64,000 nt of DNA. It comes from Gracilinanus agilis. Taxonomy: Eukaryota. Location of the stretch: positions 402,493,933 through 402,557,932 of the forward strand of contig NC_058131.1 of the NCBI RefSeq assembly GCF_016433145.1. The letters are read 5' to 3'. The notes under the pieces were generated by a model. It saw nothing but the letters and a program-made list of their open reading frames with translations, was not told where the DNA came from and did not search any database. Below are positions 1-12,316 of the stretch, in pieces; within the stretch, counting starts at the first letter, position 1, and each line of letters begins with the position of its first letter. Both the position numbers and the translations under genes were made by a program.

Positions 1-366
1 TATCACAAACTTCTAGCTCTATCTCTGGGACAAGTGGCCTTGGTACTTTTGTACTTCTAAAGAAACCCTTATGTCAGTGATGACAGACCAAAAGAAGCTT
101 TGAAGATTACCATTGGGTGAAGAGTCCTCCTAACTGCAGGTGGATCTTCTAATTGGCACCAAGGGCATATGCTCTTGATATATATTATTTTCCTTTGATC
201 ATAGAGTGTAGAAACTGTATAAATATTGGACCTATATGCTTAATAAAATGGAACCCATGATCCCATTCACTGCTCCTCGACCCTGTCAAGTTCTCATGCA
301 TGCAGGATTTCTCTTTCTTCTCTCTTCTCACCTGAGCCAGTCTCCAGAGAGAACCTGCTCTTATCA
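1..366 (+). mobile_element. ERV 5' LTR (partial; starts before the window)
   Basis: Direct repeat of 8189-8552 (about 9 substitutions and one 2-nt indel by eye). Contains AATAAA at 243-248, ends ...TTATCA and is followed directly by a primer-binding site. Confidence 0.9.
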
Positions 367-368
367 GA

Positions 369-386
369 TGGCACCCAACTTGGCTT
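369..386 (+). other. Retroviral primer-binding site, tRNA-Lys-like
   Basis: TGGCACCCAACTTGGCTT, 2 nt after the LTR end, resembles TGGCGCCCAACGTGGGGC (complement of the tRNA-Lys 3' end), typical of class II/beta-like ERVs. Confidence 0.75.
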
Positions 387-1291
387 GAACAAGATCCAGT
401 CAGACTTTTCTGCTGACCTGAAAACTCACCCCACCTTACCACCCAAATGGAAGTCTCATTCAAAAAGCTCCTGGCCATGAGTATCATTGTCTTCATCAGT
501 ATCATTATCATCATCTCGAATCACTTTCAGGATAAACGAGAGGATTTTTCTTCAATTGAGGTTAAAATAACGGCAGGCATTACGCACATCAGAGATATGT
601 ACGCCCCCATTGGTTCCCAAACTTTTTTGGCTACTGCCCCCTTTCCAGAAAAAAATATTACTTAGCCCCCTGGAAATTATTTTTTTTTTAATTTTAATAG
701 CAATTAATAGGAAAGATAAATGCACCTGTGGCCATCACCGCCTTCCTGGATCACTGCAGCACCCACCAGGGGGCAGTAGTGCCCACTTAGGGAATCACTG
801 CCTACACTTTAGTTTCACAATGAGTCTAACAGCAAGGAAAGAAACAAGGCAAGAATTGCACAATGAGAAGAGTACAGTCACCACACAACAGGCTAGAACA
901 GAGTAGGACAGCTCACTTCCATCAGAACCAACTCATTCACCTAAAGGGCCAGTGCCCTGGAAAATACAGAATGAACTTTTTTAGTCTTAAAGATTCATAT
1001 ATATAACTTTGGAAAATTGCTAATGATTCTGATATGTACTATGATACAGTGTAATTTCATTCATTATGATAATTGTTTATCAGTTAAATATGAAATTTTA
1101 GCTAAGTTTAATTCTGTACAAAACTTATAGATAATTATTTCTTCTCATTAGGACTTGCAATGTATAATGGTTTCAGTGAATTTGAGAATTGTCTGAATGT
1201 AATTAATAGCTAGCCTGACACAGAGAGGGAACTTTTACTTTGTAGAAGCAGAAACTGTACTAGCTACTTAGTAAACATAAGATTTATAATA

Positions 1292-1477
1292 GGGCAGCTG
1301 GGTAGCTCAGTGGAGTAAGAGTCAGGCCTAGAGACAGGAGGTCCTAGGTTCAAAACCGGCCTCAGCCACTTCCCAGCTGTGTGACCTTGGGCAAGTCACT
1401 TGACCCCCATTGCCCACCCTTACCAATCTTCCACCTATGAGACAATACACCGAAGTACAAGGGTTTAAAAAAAAAAA
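1292..1477 (+). mobile_element. Opossum-type tRNA-derived SINE (SINE1_Mdo-like)
   Basis: GGGCAGCTGGGTAGCTCAGTGG (A box), GGTTCAAA (B box), core TGTGTGACCTTGGGCAAGTCACTT, poly-A tail, TSD AAGATTTATAATA. Confidence 0.9.
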
Positions 1478-1697
1478 GATTTATAATATAAATGCAAAAT
1501 CCATTTAGGAAAAATTTGTAATGTGGAGAACTTTCTCTAGGATTTAAATTTTGGATTTTCAAATGAGATGTTATTTTAATTCATGTACTGTCAAAACTAG
1601 CAACAAGTGATCATATAATGACATTGTGATACAAGAAGGTTTAAATTTGTTAATCTGCGAATGTGAATTAACACAGGTATTAAGAATTTAGTATGTT

Positions 1698-1905
1698 GGG
1701 GCAGCTGGGTAGCTCAGTGGATTGAGAGCCAGGCCTAGAGACAGGAGGTTCTGGGTTCAAATCCGGCCTCAGACACTTCCCAGCTGTGTGACCCTGGGCA
1801 AGTCACTTGACCCCCATTGCCCACCATTAGCACTCTTCCACCTAGGAGCCAATACATAGAAGTTAAGGGTTAAAAAACAAAACAAACAAACAAACAAACA
1901 AAAAC
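1698..1905 (+). mobile_element. Opossum-type tRNA-derived SINE
   Basis: Same consensus, with an (AAAC)n tail and near-perfect TSD AAGAATTT(A/G)GTATGTT. Confidence 0.9.
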
Positions 1906-1929
1906 CTCTTACCAAGAATTTGGTATGTT

Positions 1930-3625
1930 ATCCTACCCAAATTAATTTACCTATTTACTGCTATACCTATCAAACTACCAAAAAACTTTTTTACTGAATT
2001 AGAAAAAACTATAACAAAGTTCATTTGGAAGAACAAAAGACCAAGAATATCAAGAGAAATAATGAAAAAAAAATATAAAGGAAGGTGGTCTAGCAGTACC
2101 AGATCTTAAACTATATACTACAAAGCAGCAGTCATCAAAACAATATGGTACTGTAGAAGAGAGAGAAGGGAGGATCAGTGGAATAGACTAGCGGTAAGCG
2201 ACCTCAGCAAGACAGTTTTCAATAAACCCAAAGAACCCAGCTTTTGGGACAAAAACCTGCTATTTGACAAAAACTGCTGGGAAAATTGGAAAACAGTATG
2301 GGAGAGATTAGGCCTAGATCAACATCTCACACCCTATACCAAGATAAACTCAGAATGGGTGAATGACTTGAATATAAAGAAGGAAACTATAGGTAAACTG
2401 GGTGAGCACAGATCTATGGGAAAGGAAAGATTCTAAAACCAAGCAAGAGTTAGAAAAAAAATCACAAAATATAAAATAAATAATTTTGACTACATTAAAC
2501 TAAAAAGGTTTTGTACAGACAAAACCAATGCTACCAAAATTAGAAGGGAAACAACAAATTGGGAAAAAAATCTTTATAACAAAAAACTCAGATAAAGGTC
2601 TAATTACTCAAATATACAAGGAACTAAATCAATTGTACAAAAAATCAAGCCATCTCCCAATCGATAAATGGGCAAGGGATATGAATAGGCAATTCTCAGA
2701 TAAAGAAATCAAAACTATCAATAAACACATGGGAAAGTGTTCTAAATCTCTAATAATTAGAGAAATGCAAATCAAAACAACTCTGAGGTATCACCTCACA
2801 CCTAGCAGATTGGCTAAAATGAAAGAAGGGGAGAGTAATGAATGCTGGAGGGGATGTGGCAAAATTGGGACATTAATGCATTGCTGGTGGAGCTGTGAAC
2901 TGATCCAACCATTCTGGATGGCAATTGGGAACTATGCTCAAAGGGCTTTAAAAGACTATCTTCCTTTTGATCCAGCCATAGCACTGCTTGGATTATACCC
3001 CAAAGAGATAATAAGGAAAAAGACCTGTACAAAAATATTTATAGCCATGCTCTTTGTGGTGGCAAAAAATTGGAAAAATGAGAGAATGTCCTTCAATTGG
3101 GGAATGGCTGAACAAATTGTGGTATCTGTTGGTGATGGAATACAATTGTGCTCAAAGGAATAAAGAACTGGAGGAATTCCATGTGAACTGGAAAGACTTC
3201 CAGGAATTGATGCAGAGTGAAAGGAGCAGATCCAGGAGAACATTGTACACAGAGACTGATACGCTGTGGTACAATCAAACATAATGGACTTCTCTACTAG
3301 CAGCAATGCAGCGATCCAGAGCAAGGCTGAGGGACTTATGAGAAAGAAAACTAGCCAGATTCAGAGGAAGAACTGTGAGAGGAGAAACACAGAAGAAAAA
3401 CAATTGCTTGAACATATGGGCTGATGGGGATATTATTGGGGATGTAGACACTAAACTATAACTCTAGTCCAATTATCAATAATATGGAATTTGGTCTTGA
3501 GCAATGATACATGTAAAACCCAGTGGAATTGTGCGTCGGCTAAGGGGAGGCTATGGGAGTTTGGGGGAAAGGGAAAGAACATGAAATATGTAACTAGGGG
3601 AAAATATTCAAAATAAAAAAATAAA
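1930..3625 (+). mobile_element. 5'-truncated LINE-1 (ORF2 C-terminal part and 3' UTR)
   Basis: Begins ILPKLIYLF-like. ORF 2528-3163 has KTTLRYHLTP..RLAKM..CWRGCGKIGTLMHCWW, which matches the L1 ORF2 C-terminus. Frameshifted; A-rich tail. Confidence 0.95.
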
Positions 3626-5790
3626 GATATGTAAAGGAAAAAAAGAATTGGCATGTTGCAAAAAATGGAATTTCTAAAGAGTGTTGTACTTGATGAGGAT
3701 ATATGAATTGTTTTTAAAGTATGTGCAGTGAATAAGAAGGAATTCACAGTCTAGGAATTAACATGTATTCAAATACAATTTGTTAGAATGTAATAATGTG
3801 TGAATGCAAAGTATGTATGAATTTGTAGTATAAAGAAAATTAATTTTTTAACCTGAATTGGTTAAGGCTGTGTATATAAATGTGATATGCAAACTGCGTA
3901 GGAATATAATGCAATTGACAAGGAAAATTTGACCAGTCCAGAATTCAAATAGGACTCAGTATAAGGTTATTAATTATAGGCAATTAAGCATAGTTACCTC
4001 TCCTCTATTTGTAATAAGGGTAAAAGAGGAGAAGCCAGATGAGATAGGAGTAATAGAGGAGATAATAAGTGAAAATTCTAGTGCAAAATAGATACAACAA
4101 ATGATAGATCAGAACAATATTGGTGAAATTCAGTCAGTTATGTAAAAATGTTTTGAGTGTAAGGAGGCAAAACTGAAGTTCTATTCTGCTTTAAGCAGAG
4201 GTTTGAAAGGAAAAAGAGTAAATGTTTTGAGACTAAGTTTATTTGAATAATAATGGTGACAAAGCAACTAGAAGTGAGAGGATGTTGCATTGGAATATGA
4301 AAGAAACATTGCTAAAGGACTTTAATCAAAGTCAATTTGAAAGTTGTGGAGCTTTAATTAATATCCATTGAGAGTAATTTATTATCAAGGTTTTAAAACA
4401 TACAAATTTTATAAGTATAGTAATCTAGTTAAAAAGGAATAGAAAGACAAAGTTGTTAGTAATAAAAAGATGTTTTTTTCCTCATTTCTCAAGTAATATA
4501 CACTTATTAGGAAATGAAACCATGCTAACCCTCAAGCAAGACAGCTCTGAGATAGTATTGCTGAGGACTTGGAACTTCCTACAAACTTATTAACCCCTTC
4601 CTCATACACAGGAAGGAGACAAAGTGCCTACAATTATTTTACACTGATATTCAGGAATTAAAACAGCAAAACAGTAAATAAGAATGACTACAAAGTTGAT
4701 AACTATTGTATGATAAAATTTAAAGATGAATATACTTTAACTATATACTTCAGAGATTTAAAGTTACCAGCCCTAGCCCTGACAAATCAAATGGCTTGTT
4801 GGAGCCATGGAATTTTAGTGCAAACATTCCATGTCCCAATTGACAAAATGAAATGAGTAATACATAATTGATAAGTTACCTTACCTGAACTTTAGAGAAA
4901 TAACTTAAGAGCCCCTGAGATGTTAGTTGGCAGTTTGATCAAATTTTGATCCCGTATAAAGATATATTGCAACCAAAGCCAAAGAGTAAGCAGTAATTTT
5001 AAAAATGGTATATATGTGAAGAAGGAAATTTTAAATGAGCAAAAGGTAATTAGAATAGATGGAAACAATTCCTATGAAAATTTAAGTTTTTTTTTCAAAA
5101 TGTAAAAAATTTTTGCCCAGGAGTTTATGAGTTTGTTTGGCAGTATATCCAGACACTACAACCTTTATATACAATCGCTGAGTAAAAATATGAGCTTTCC
5201 TGGAGACATGGAGGAAAAAAAATATATAGAAACTGCATTAAAAAACTGCTCTAAAACTGTGGCCTATGTAAAATAATCTGTGAAACTACAAGTGCTAATT
5301 TGATATAATTCTCCCAATTAGAGTTTATACCAATACCATATGGGCATTCTTAGTGAAACTGTAGATCCCAAACTATAAATTCAGATATAACAAATTCTAG
5401 TGTATGAGCCTTAAGGTTCAGAATAAAGAATATGCTTCCTCTATAGATACAACAGCTAATATGTTGGAGTTAGTTAAACTAAATTAGTAACTATACATTA
5501 AGCATAATGTATAATATAACATATATTATATTATGTATGTATAATAATGTATAAACATTATACATTAAGCAATAACGAAAGAAACTAAGAAATTATGGAC
5601 AATGGCAATTGGATTAACTAGTTAGATACTAATATGAATATATTGGAAATAAAAGATTAATGGTTAAGATATTTAGGATAAATTTTATGGGAGAAAATCT
5701 AGGATGTATCTTTCAATATTAACATGTCGGTTTTTCATGTAATGCTCTTGTGTAGATCATAACACCTTCATGTTATAAATCAGTGATTAT

Positions 5791-5975
5791 GGGGCAGCTG
5801 GGTAACTCAGTGGATTGAGAGCCAGGCCTAGAGACAGGAGGTCCTAGGTTCAAATCCGGCCTCAGCCACTTCCCAGCTGTGTGACCTTGGGCAAGTCACT
5901 TGACCCCCATTGCCCACCCTTACCAATCTTCCACCTATGAGACAATACACTGAAGTACAAGGGTTAAAAAAAAAA
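5791..5975 (+). mobile_element. Opossum-type tRNA-derived SINE
   Basis: Near-identical to 1292-1477, including the subfamily 3' tail; TSD AAATCA(G/A)TGATTAT. Confidence 0.9.
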
Positions 5976-7488
5976 ATCAATGATTATATTATGAAAAGCT
6001 ACTTATACTAGTCCAAATGAGAACTGGAAAAGTAGAAGGAAAGGTTTAAGGAAAACTTTTTAGTATATCTCAAAAGAAATTGTTTGCTACCCTGCTAGGC
6101 CAAAATTGACAGAAAACAAACTTGATGACTTACCCACTGATGAATTAATTTGAGCAAAATTTTGGAGACTAGAGCATTCCCCTCCCTCACTTCCCATTTT
6201 TTCATGCCTCACTAACTAAGGAGATAACACTAGCAGACAAACAGAGAAGAATCTCCTGACCACAAATCAATCTCATTATTTATTGGAAAAAGGATTCTAT
6301 TATTGACCTTTATGTATGAGAATTTACATAATTTTGAAAACAGAATCCCTATGATTTTAAACACATGACTCTATATTAGTGAAGATTTTTTTTAGAGAAC
6401 AAACCTGTCTCATCACTCCCCCCTCCTGCCACAATAGAGGGACAAGCTCAGAAACCCTGAGCATCAACTTTAATAGTTAATAAATAAATTTAAATAGAAC
6501 TTAAGTAGGACAGGATAGTTTTTTAGCTGCCATAGTGGTATGAATATAAATAAAGCTTCTAATACAGGCATGCAGCAAAGTTAATAAGATAAGCACAAAT
6601 TTCTTACATTAATTTGAGGTAAAAATTTTTAGAAATTGTTAGGTTACATGAACATACAAGGAGCTTGTTTACAAATTATGAAAATGACTGGAATTGGAAT
6701 ATTATTAATAATGTGTAGAAGTTTTTGTCATTTAAGAGAAAAGAACAACACCTGATATGTTTTGCTTTCATTGGTGTTTGATGGGCACTCAGAGGAAGAG
6801 TGAATGGTTGGAATAGGCCACATTGGGCCTCAGTCCATATGGGACCTTTTCTGCACCTAGATTCTGGTGGTCCCTGAGTGAATTGGCTCTGGCTACATTC
6901 TGTCACAGCCTTAGCCTGCACATTTAAACACTTTTTTAACACTGAGTTTAAACACTCAGTCTGTATATTTCAAAGGAAGATCTTTTTCCCTACATTTCTT
7001 CTATGACAAAAATCTTTTTAATTGATACCAAATGCAACTTGTGAAGTAAGAATTTCCATTTAAAAAAATAAAGCCGATTCATAGACTATTTCAGCAATGA
7101 CTTTAGATCACTGAGACTCTAATTGATCTACAATTAACTTGTCATGAGTATGGATTAACTACTTAAAAAAGAAATAAAATCTAAATTGTGTATTAAAGTT
7201 TAGGACCTCAGGAATTCTTATATCTCCTGAAATAGAAGAATTTATTTCATAATATGTTAGCTTTGCAAAGAATTTTTTTCCTAACAGGAGGACCCATTCA
7301 GAGAGTCTGCAAACAACGTGGAACACACAGATCAGAGAGTCCAGACAAACAGGAGCCATAAAGATGAAGATACAGATGAAGATAAAAGAAAATCCAGCTA
7401 AAGTTTAATCAATGTTATTAATCGTTATTGTTATTGGAATATACTTGTTGTGTCTTGTGTGACCCTAAATTTACCTAGGAACCTTTAG

Positions 7489-7937
7489 AATGATGACTTA
7501 GCTACAAAAGTATATCTCCTGGAACAATCAGTACTTTATTTAGGAGATGAATTGGAAACCATCAAAACAAGATTGCCACTGAAATGCAATTATAGATATG
7601 TAACCATTTCTGAAAAACCTTTTTATTTTAACCAATCTGATGAAAAATTTTCATGGACAAAAATGAGAGTTAGATTATTAGGAGCAGAGCAATCAAGCCC
7701 TGCTTGAGATCTCTAGATTTAGAAGAATCAGAAGCTCTTACTCATACTCTAGAAAATAGTCATATTCCAGGTGTTAATCCAAACACTATAGCTAATTCTA
7801 TATTGGATACTTGCAAATCTTTTAATCCTTTTGGAAGTTTGTCTCAAATTTTGGTGCATACTATTCCTGTTATTGTTATTTTTCTCATTTGTTTAATCAT
7901 AACCTATTTGTATATGTTTTATTCTATTTACTCGTAA
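7489..7937 (+). pseudogene. Betaretrovirus-like env transmembrane-subunit remnant
   Basis: 7489-7707 reads NDDLATKVYLLEQSVLYLGDELETIKTRLPLKCNYRYVTISEKPFYFNQSDEKFSWTKMRVRLLG (heptad plus beta-type TM pattern). After a frameshift, 7704-7937 reads ...IANSILDTCKSFNPFG...VIVIFLICLII (membrane anchor). Confidence 0.7.
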
Positions 7938-8006
7938 TAGTGCTAGAGATTTATCGGCCTCAGTCTTTGAGATACAGCTTCATGATTTAAAAAAAAGGGG
8001 GGGGGG

Positions 8007-8552
8007 CAGGAATTAGAAGTCCATAAGGACATTCTGGGTCCATTGAGACAAAAGCAGCCAGAAAAGACATTTGTAGATCTGCCTCAGACCCTAACAAGGA
8101 TCAGTCTTGAGCTTGTAGGTCTACAAATCACTATCTAAGAACACCTGGATTCTTAATTGGCTCAGAACATCCTGACCAGCTAATTTACTATCACAAACTT
8201 CTAGCTCTATCTCTGGGACAAGTGGCCTTGGTACTTTTGTACTTCTAAAGAAACCCTTATGTCAGTGATGACAGACCAAAAGAAGCTTTGAAGATTACCA
8301 TTGGGTGAAGAGTCCTCCTAACTGCAGCTGGACCCTCTAATTGGCACCAAGGGCATATGCTCTTGATATATATTATTTTCCTTTGATCATAGAGTGTAGA
8401 AACTATAAATATTGGACCTATATGCTTAATAAAATGGAACCCATGATCCCATTCACTGCTCCTCGACCCTGTCAACTTCTCATGCATGCAGGATTTCTCT
8501 TTCTTCTCTCTTCTCCCCTGAGCCAGTCTCCAGAAAGAACAAGTTCTTATCA
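8007..8552 (+). mobile_element. ERV 3' LTR
   Basis: Follows the polypurine tract; 8189-8552 repeats bases 1-366; ends CTTATCA. The 5' boundary is approximate. Confidence 0.85.
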
Positions 8553-8982
8553 TATTAGTATATCTGTCATATACTAATATATATACTAATATATATTATA
8601 ATGAAAACAGCACAATTGAGAAGTAGCTTTCAGGTAATGAAAAGATCTCCAAGACAGGCAACTAGCCAGTTTGCTTAACTGAGACTAACCAGATAATCCA
8701 ATGAGAGAAGATCTGGTGTTAGTGAAAAGTACGTCTAGAGTTGCAAAACCTGGATTTAAATCACCTGTATGACCTTGGGCAAATCACCTGCTTCAGTTTC
8801 CTCATCTGGAAAGTGAGGACCTTGGACTCCATCTCTGCAATAGCTTTCAACTGGAGATTCTATAAACTTTGAATATAACTATAACCTATTATAATCTGTG
8901 GGAGTTGAGATAAATTACATTAAAGGCTTTTGCTGCACATCACATCTGCTACCACACTCCCAGTTAGCAGGTAGATTTATTT

Positions 8983-9186
8983 TTCTTTTAAACCCTTACC
9001 TTCCATCTTTGAATCATTACTGTGTATTGGTTCCAAGGCAGAAGAGTGGTAAGGACTAGGTGTGGGGGGGTGTTAAGTGACTTGCACAGGGTCACATAGC
9101 TAGGAAGTATCTGAGGTCAAATTTGAACCCAGGACCTCCAGTCTCTGGGCCTGGCTCTCAATCCACTGAGCCACCCAGCTGCCCCC
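8983..9186 (-). mobile_element. Opossum-type tRNA-derived SINE
   Basis: Reverse complement of the consensus; TSD TAGCAGGTAGATTT. Confidence 0.9.
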
Positions 9187-9889
9187 CTAGCAGGTAGATT
9201 TTTGAGTGAGTCCAGAGAAGGGATGGACAGATTTGAAGGAAATGAGGAAAAGTGGGAAGCTTTAAATCCACTTATACTTTCACTTCCACATTCTCCAAAC
9301 CCCACTCTTCATCTGAGTCAGTTTTGTACTGAGGTTTTGGTCAATAGCTTAGTTCTAACTCCACCAGCCCAACTAGTCATTTCCTTTACTCTTGGCGTAA
9401 AGGTAATGAGTTATTGAGCAATCCTAAAAACTCCCACTCCTCCCCCCCCTTCCCTAAACAAAGAAAGACTGACCGAGAGAGAGACCAAATGTGAGGAAAG
9501 TTTAGAATTTTACAGACTACAAAGGACTCTGAAGCTCATTCATCAAGTCTACTCCAGTACAGATGAGATTTCTCTGTCTGCTTTCTGTCCTGTTTGTCAC
9601 TTCCCAGAAACTTAACAGGGATTTCAAAAATCGAGAAAGTGAAGAAAGCTTAGTGGAAATTGAATTTTTTTTTATATGGATTATGGAGATATCTGGTTCC
9701 ATCCCAGCCAAGATTTCTAGAAGCAGATGGCTCAAGGTAAGATTGTAGGGCTTGAGGGCAGGAGTACAATAAAAGAGTTGGAGGGCTAAATCGGGCTGAG
9801 AGGAAGGACTCTGTTTGTTTTCCTGGTACTCCCAATGTGCTTGTATCTGCTGTTTCTGGTACTGGGACATCCTTGGTTGCAAAAGTATA

Positions 9890-9943
9890 CAGAGGGGAAG
9901 TTGGGGGTGGAGACAGGAATTTGGGTTTAATAGAACTATAAAA
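9890..9943 (+). promoter_or_regulatory. Candidate CD14 core promoter (PU.1/ETS-like GGGGAAGT, TATAAAA)
   Basis: AGAGGGGAAGTT at about 9891-9902 and TATAAAA at 9937-9943, about 105 nt upstream of the CD14 ATG. Motif match only. Confidence 0.45.
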
Positions 9944-10044
9944 AGGTTACTATTATTCAAAACCTAAGACTCAAATCCAGAAGCCAGATAACTCAGCACT
10001 AAACAGAAAAGGAGCAGTAGGTAAAGAGGCTACCGGGACCAGCC

Positions 10045-11471
10045 ATGGTAAATGTCCTGTTTCTCATCTTACTGTCCAAAGCTGAGTCCTAATCCTTTTC
10101 ACTATTGATTTGGGGCCAACAACCTAGGTGGAGGTGTAGTGTAGGGCAGGATAACTGGGGGAGGCGGGGAGGAAGGTCAGGCAGAAGGATGGGATGAGAG
10201 GAAAGAGTAAGTGAAAGCAGGTTTAGGTTCTGAGGTCCAACCCGGTCCTAGTATTCCAGCCATTCGCACTTCTCTGGCTCCCCTGTTTCCCCAGCAGTGG
10301 GACCAACCATGAGATAAATCCCTGATATCATCCCCAGGAGCCCTGGCAGAGGTGGCCACTGCTGTTGCTGCTAGCTCCCCTGCTGTTGCTTCCCTCGTCT
10401 GCCTCAGCCTCCTGTGAGCTGGACGAAGAGGGCAATAATTGCTACTGCAACTTTTCCGCTCCGAACCCTGAATGGGATAGAATTGCGATGTGCATTTCCT
10501 CGGTACAGGCGGATATCGATGGGGGCGGCCACAACTTGGACATCTTTTTGCAGAAAGTAATTGCTGACCCGAGCAAAATCTCGGACATACTGAGATCGCT
10601 GCGCCTAAAACGGCTGAGGCTAAGGGGTGCCCAGGTCCCGGCCCCACTTCTGCATCAGCTCCTGAAGGCATTGACCTACACGCGGATTGAAGAGCTGTCC
10701 CTAGTAGATCTGGTGATTTCGATGCCGCCCCTGCTACCTCCGTCATTCAGTGACAATGACCTCAGGCTGAAAGCCCTGCACCTCCACAGAGTGCTGTGGA
10801 CCGGAGAGGGCAACTTACTGGCGACAGTGGGGCCTTGGCTAAAACCTGGACTGAAGGCACTGAGCTTGACTGGTTTAAACCTGAGCTATGTGCCCTGCCC
10901 AGAGTTGGACGCCTTTGGGGAACTGAACTCTCTAGATCTGTCGGACAATCCAGAGATAACAGAGAATGGCTTAACTTCGGCGCTTTGCTTCTCGAAGCTC
11001 CAGGCACTGAAGGATCTGGCACTTCGGAACACCGGCCTCCAGTCCTTGGGGAGAGTGTGCCGGGCTCTGGAGGCGACGGAGACCAATGTGCAGCGACTGG
11101 ACATCAGTTACAACGAGCTGGGAGGGAAACCCTGGCCTCAGTGTACCTGGCCACCCTCCTTGCTCTCGCTCAACCTGTCCCACGCGAATCTGAAGTGTGT
11201 GCCGAAGCCTCTGCCCAAGAAGTTGCAGCAGCTGGACCTAAGCTACAACCTGCTGAGGAAGCAGCCTCAGTTGCCCCAGGTAACCGACTTGATCCTTGAA
11301 GGGAACCCTTTTGCCTACGCCGGTGCCTCAGCCAGACTGCAAAGGGAGCAGCCGACAGAGGACTGCGCAGTTCTTTCTCGCGGGAGCAAGTTCGCAGGCG
11401 CCACGCTAGCCTTCCTGGTCTCTGGGACAGCAGCCTTGGCGCTGCTGCGCTGGACCAGAGAATTCGCCTGA
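10045..11471 (+). CDS. CD14: Monocyte differentiation antigen CD14 (378 aa; exons 10045-10047, 10338-11471)
   Basis: ATG-only first coding exon (AGCCATG|GTAAAT), acceptor CCCCAG|GAG in frame (MEPWQRWPLLLLL...), CELDEE..CYCNFS N-cap, LRRs (LDLSDNP, LDISYN, LNLSHANL, LDLSYNLL) and a hydrophobic GPI-signal-like C-terminus. Same gene architecture as eutherian CD14. Confidence 0.97.
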
Positions 11472-11588
11472 AGGCTTGTGGGGAGCAACTGGGAAGAGGA
11501 AAAGAACATTCAAGTTCCCACCTGACTGACTTGTGATTCCAGGGAATGCAGGGGAACCCTGCCAAGATCTCAACCTCCACCACTTTTC

Positions 11589-11626
11589 ATTAAAAAATAA
11601 AAAATTAATAATAATTGAGAAATAAA
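11589..11626 (+). terminator. CD14 polyadenylation signals
   Basis: ATTAAA 11589-11594, AATAAA 11596-11601 and AATAAA 11621-11626. Confidence 0.7.
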
Positions 11627-12316
11627 ATGTCCGCACGTCTTTTTTCTCTCTTCTCCAGAGATTCTGAAACCCAGTTCGTAACACTGGAATGGGGGGCGGG
11701 GAGGGGCGCGGGGCAGGGAAGTGAGGAAGCAGGAAGAAGGAAAATTGTTTTCACAACTGAGACTGGTTCTTCTAAACAGAAGAGCTCCAGACGAGGTACT
11801 AGTCCTTATGTCTCTCCTCCCCCTAACTGTAAGCTACCTTCCCGGAATCATAAACTCTTAAGACTGTAAGAAACCTTGGAGTTCACCAAGACCAGGGAGT
11901 TCTTATCTTGAAGTCCCTGAACTTAAAAAATTATTTCAATATGGTTTTGCATATTTTTTGTAATGTTACACGTATTTAATTTTATGCATTTCCAACATTA
12001 AAGGGGCATATGAAAAGTGTTTAAAACCCCTGTATCCCTTTCCCTTCCTTTTCTTTAGCTTCACCAGGATGTCAAATCCCAATGAAGGTCTGGTAATTGT
12101 GACCTCACCTCCCTAGAGGAAACTGATGTGTGTGGAATCAATTGACTGTATTGAGAACTTGGAAGCTTGTGGGTGGGCCAAGGGCAGAATTCTGAGAACC
12201 AGACACAGGTGGACTGAAGATAGCCTGGTGGCCTTGGATTGGGGGACAGCATGCCCCGCCCTAAACCACCATATGGGCCATGAATTATTGAGGAGAACCC
12301 TAGAGGCTCCAGAACC

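Larger units (their letters stand above)
367..8006 (+). mobile_element. Degraded ERV internal region carrying nested SINE and L1 insertions
   Basis: Lies between two LTRs, with the PBS at the 5' end, an env remnant and a polypurine tract (AAAAAAAGGGGGGGGGG, about 7989-8006) at the 3' end. No intact gag or pol ORF seen. Confidence 0.8.

Noticed and set aside
5490-5575. AT-rich short hairpins (TATACATTA/TAATGTATA)
   Set aside because: Low-complexity (TA)-derived sequence inside the decayed ERV.
10177-11583. Several antisense and alternative-frame ORFs over CD14 (e.g. 10177-10746, 10796-11299, 11170-11583)
   Set aside because: Shadow ORFs of a GC-rich coding exon; no recognisable domains or splice support.
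11615-11869. 84-aa ORF after CD14 (MRNKMSARL...)
   Set aside because: Starts inside the CD14 poly(A) region and runs through GC-box sequence; its phase does not join the kinesin-like frame.
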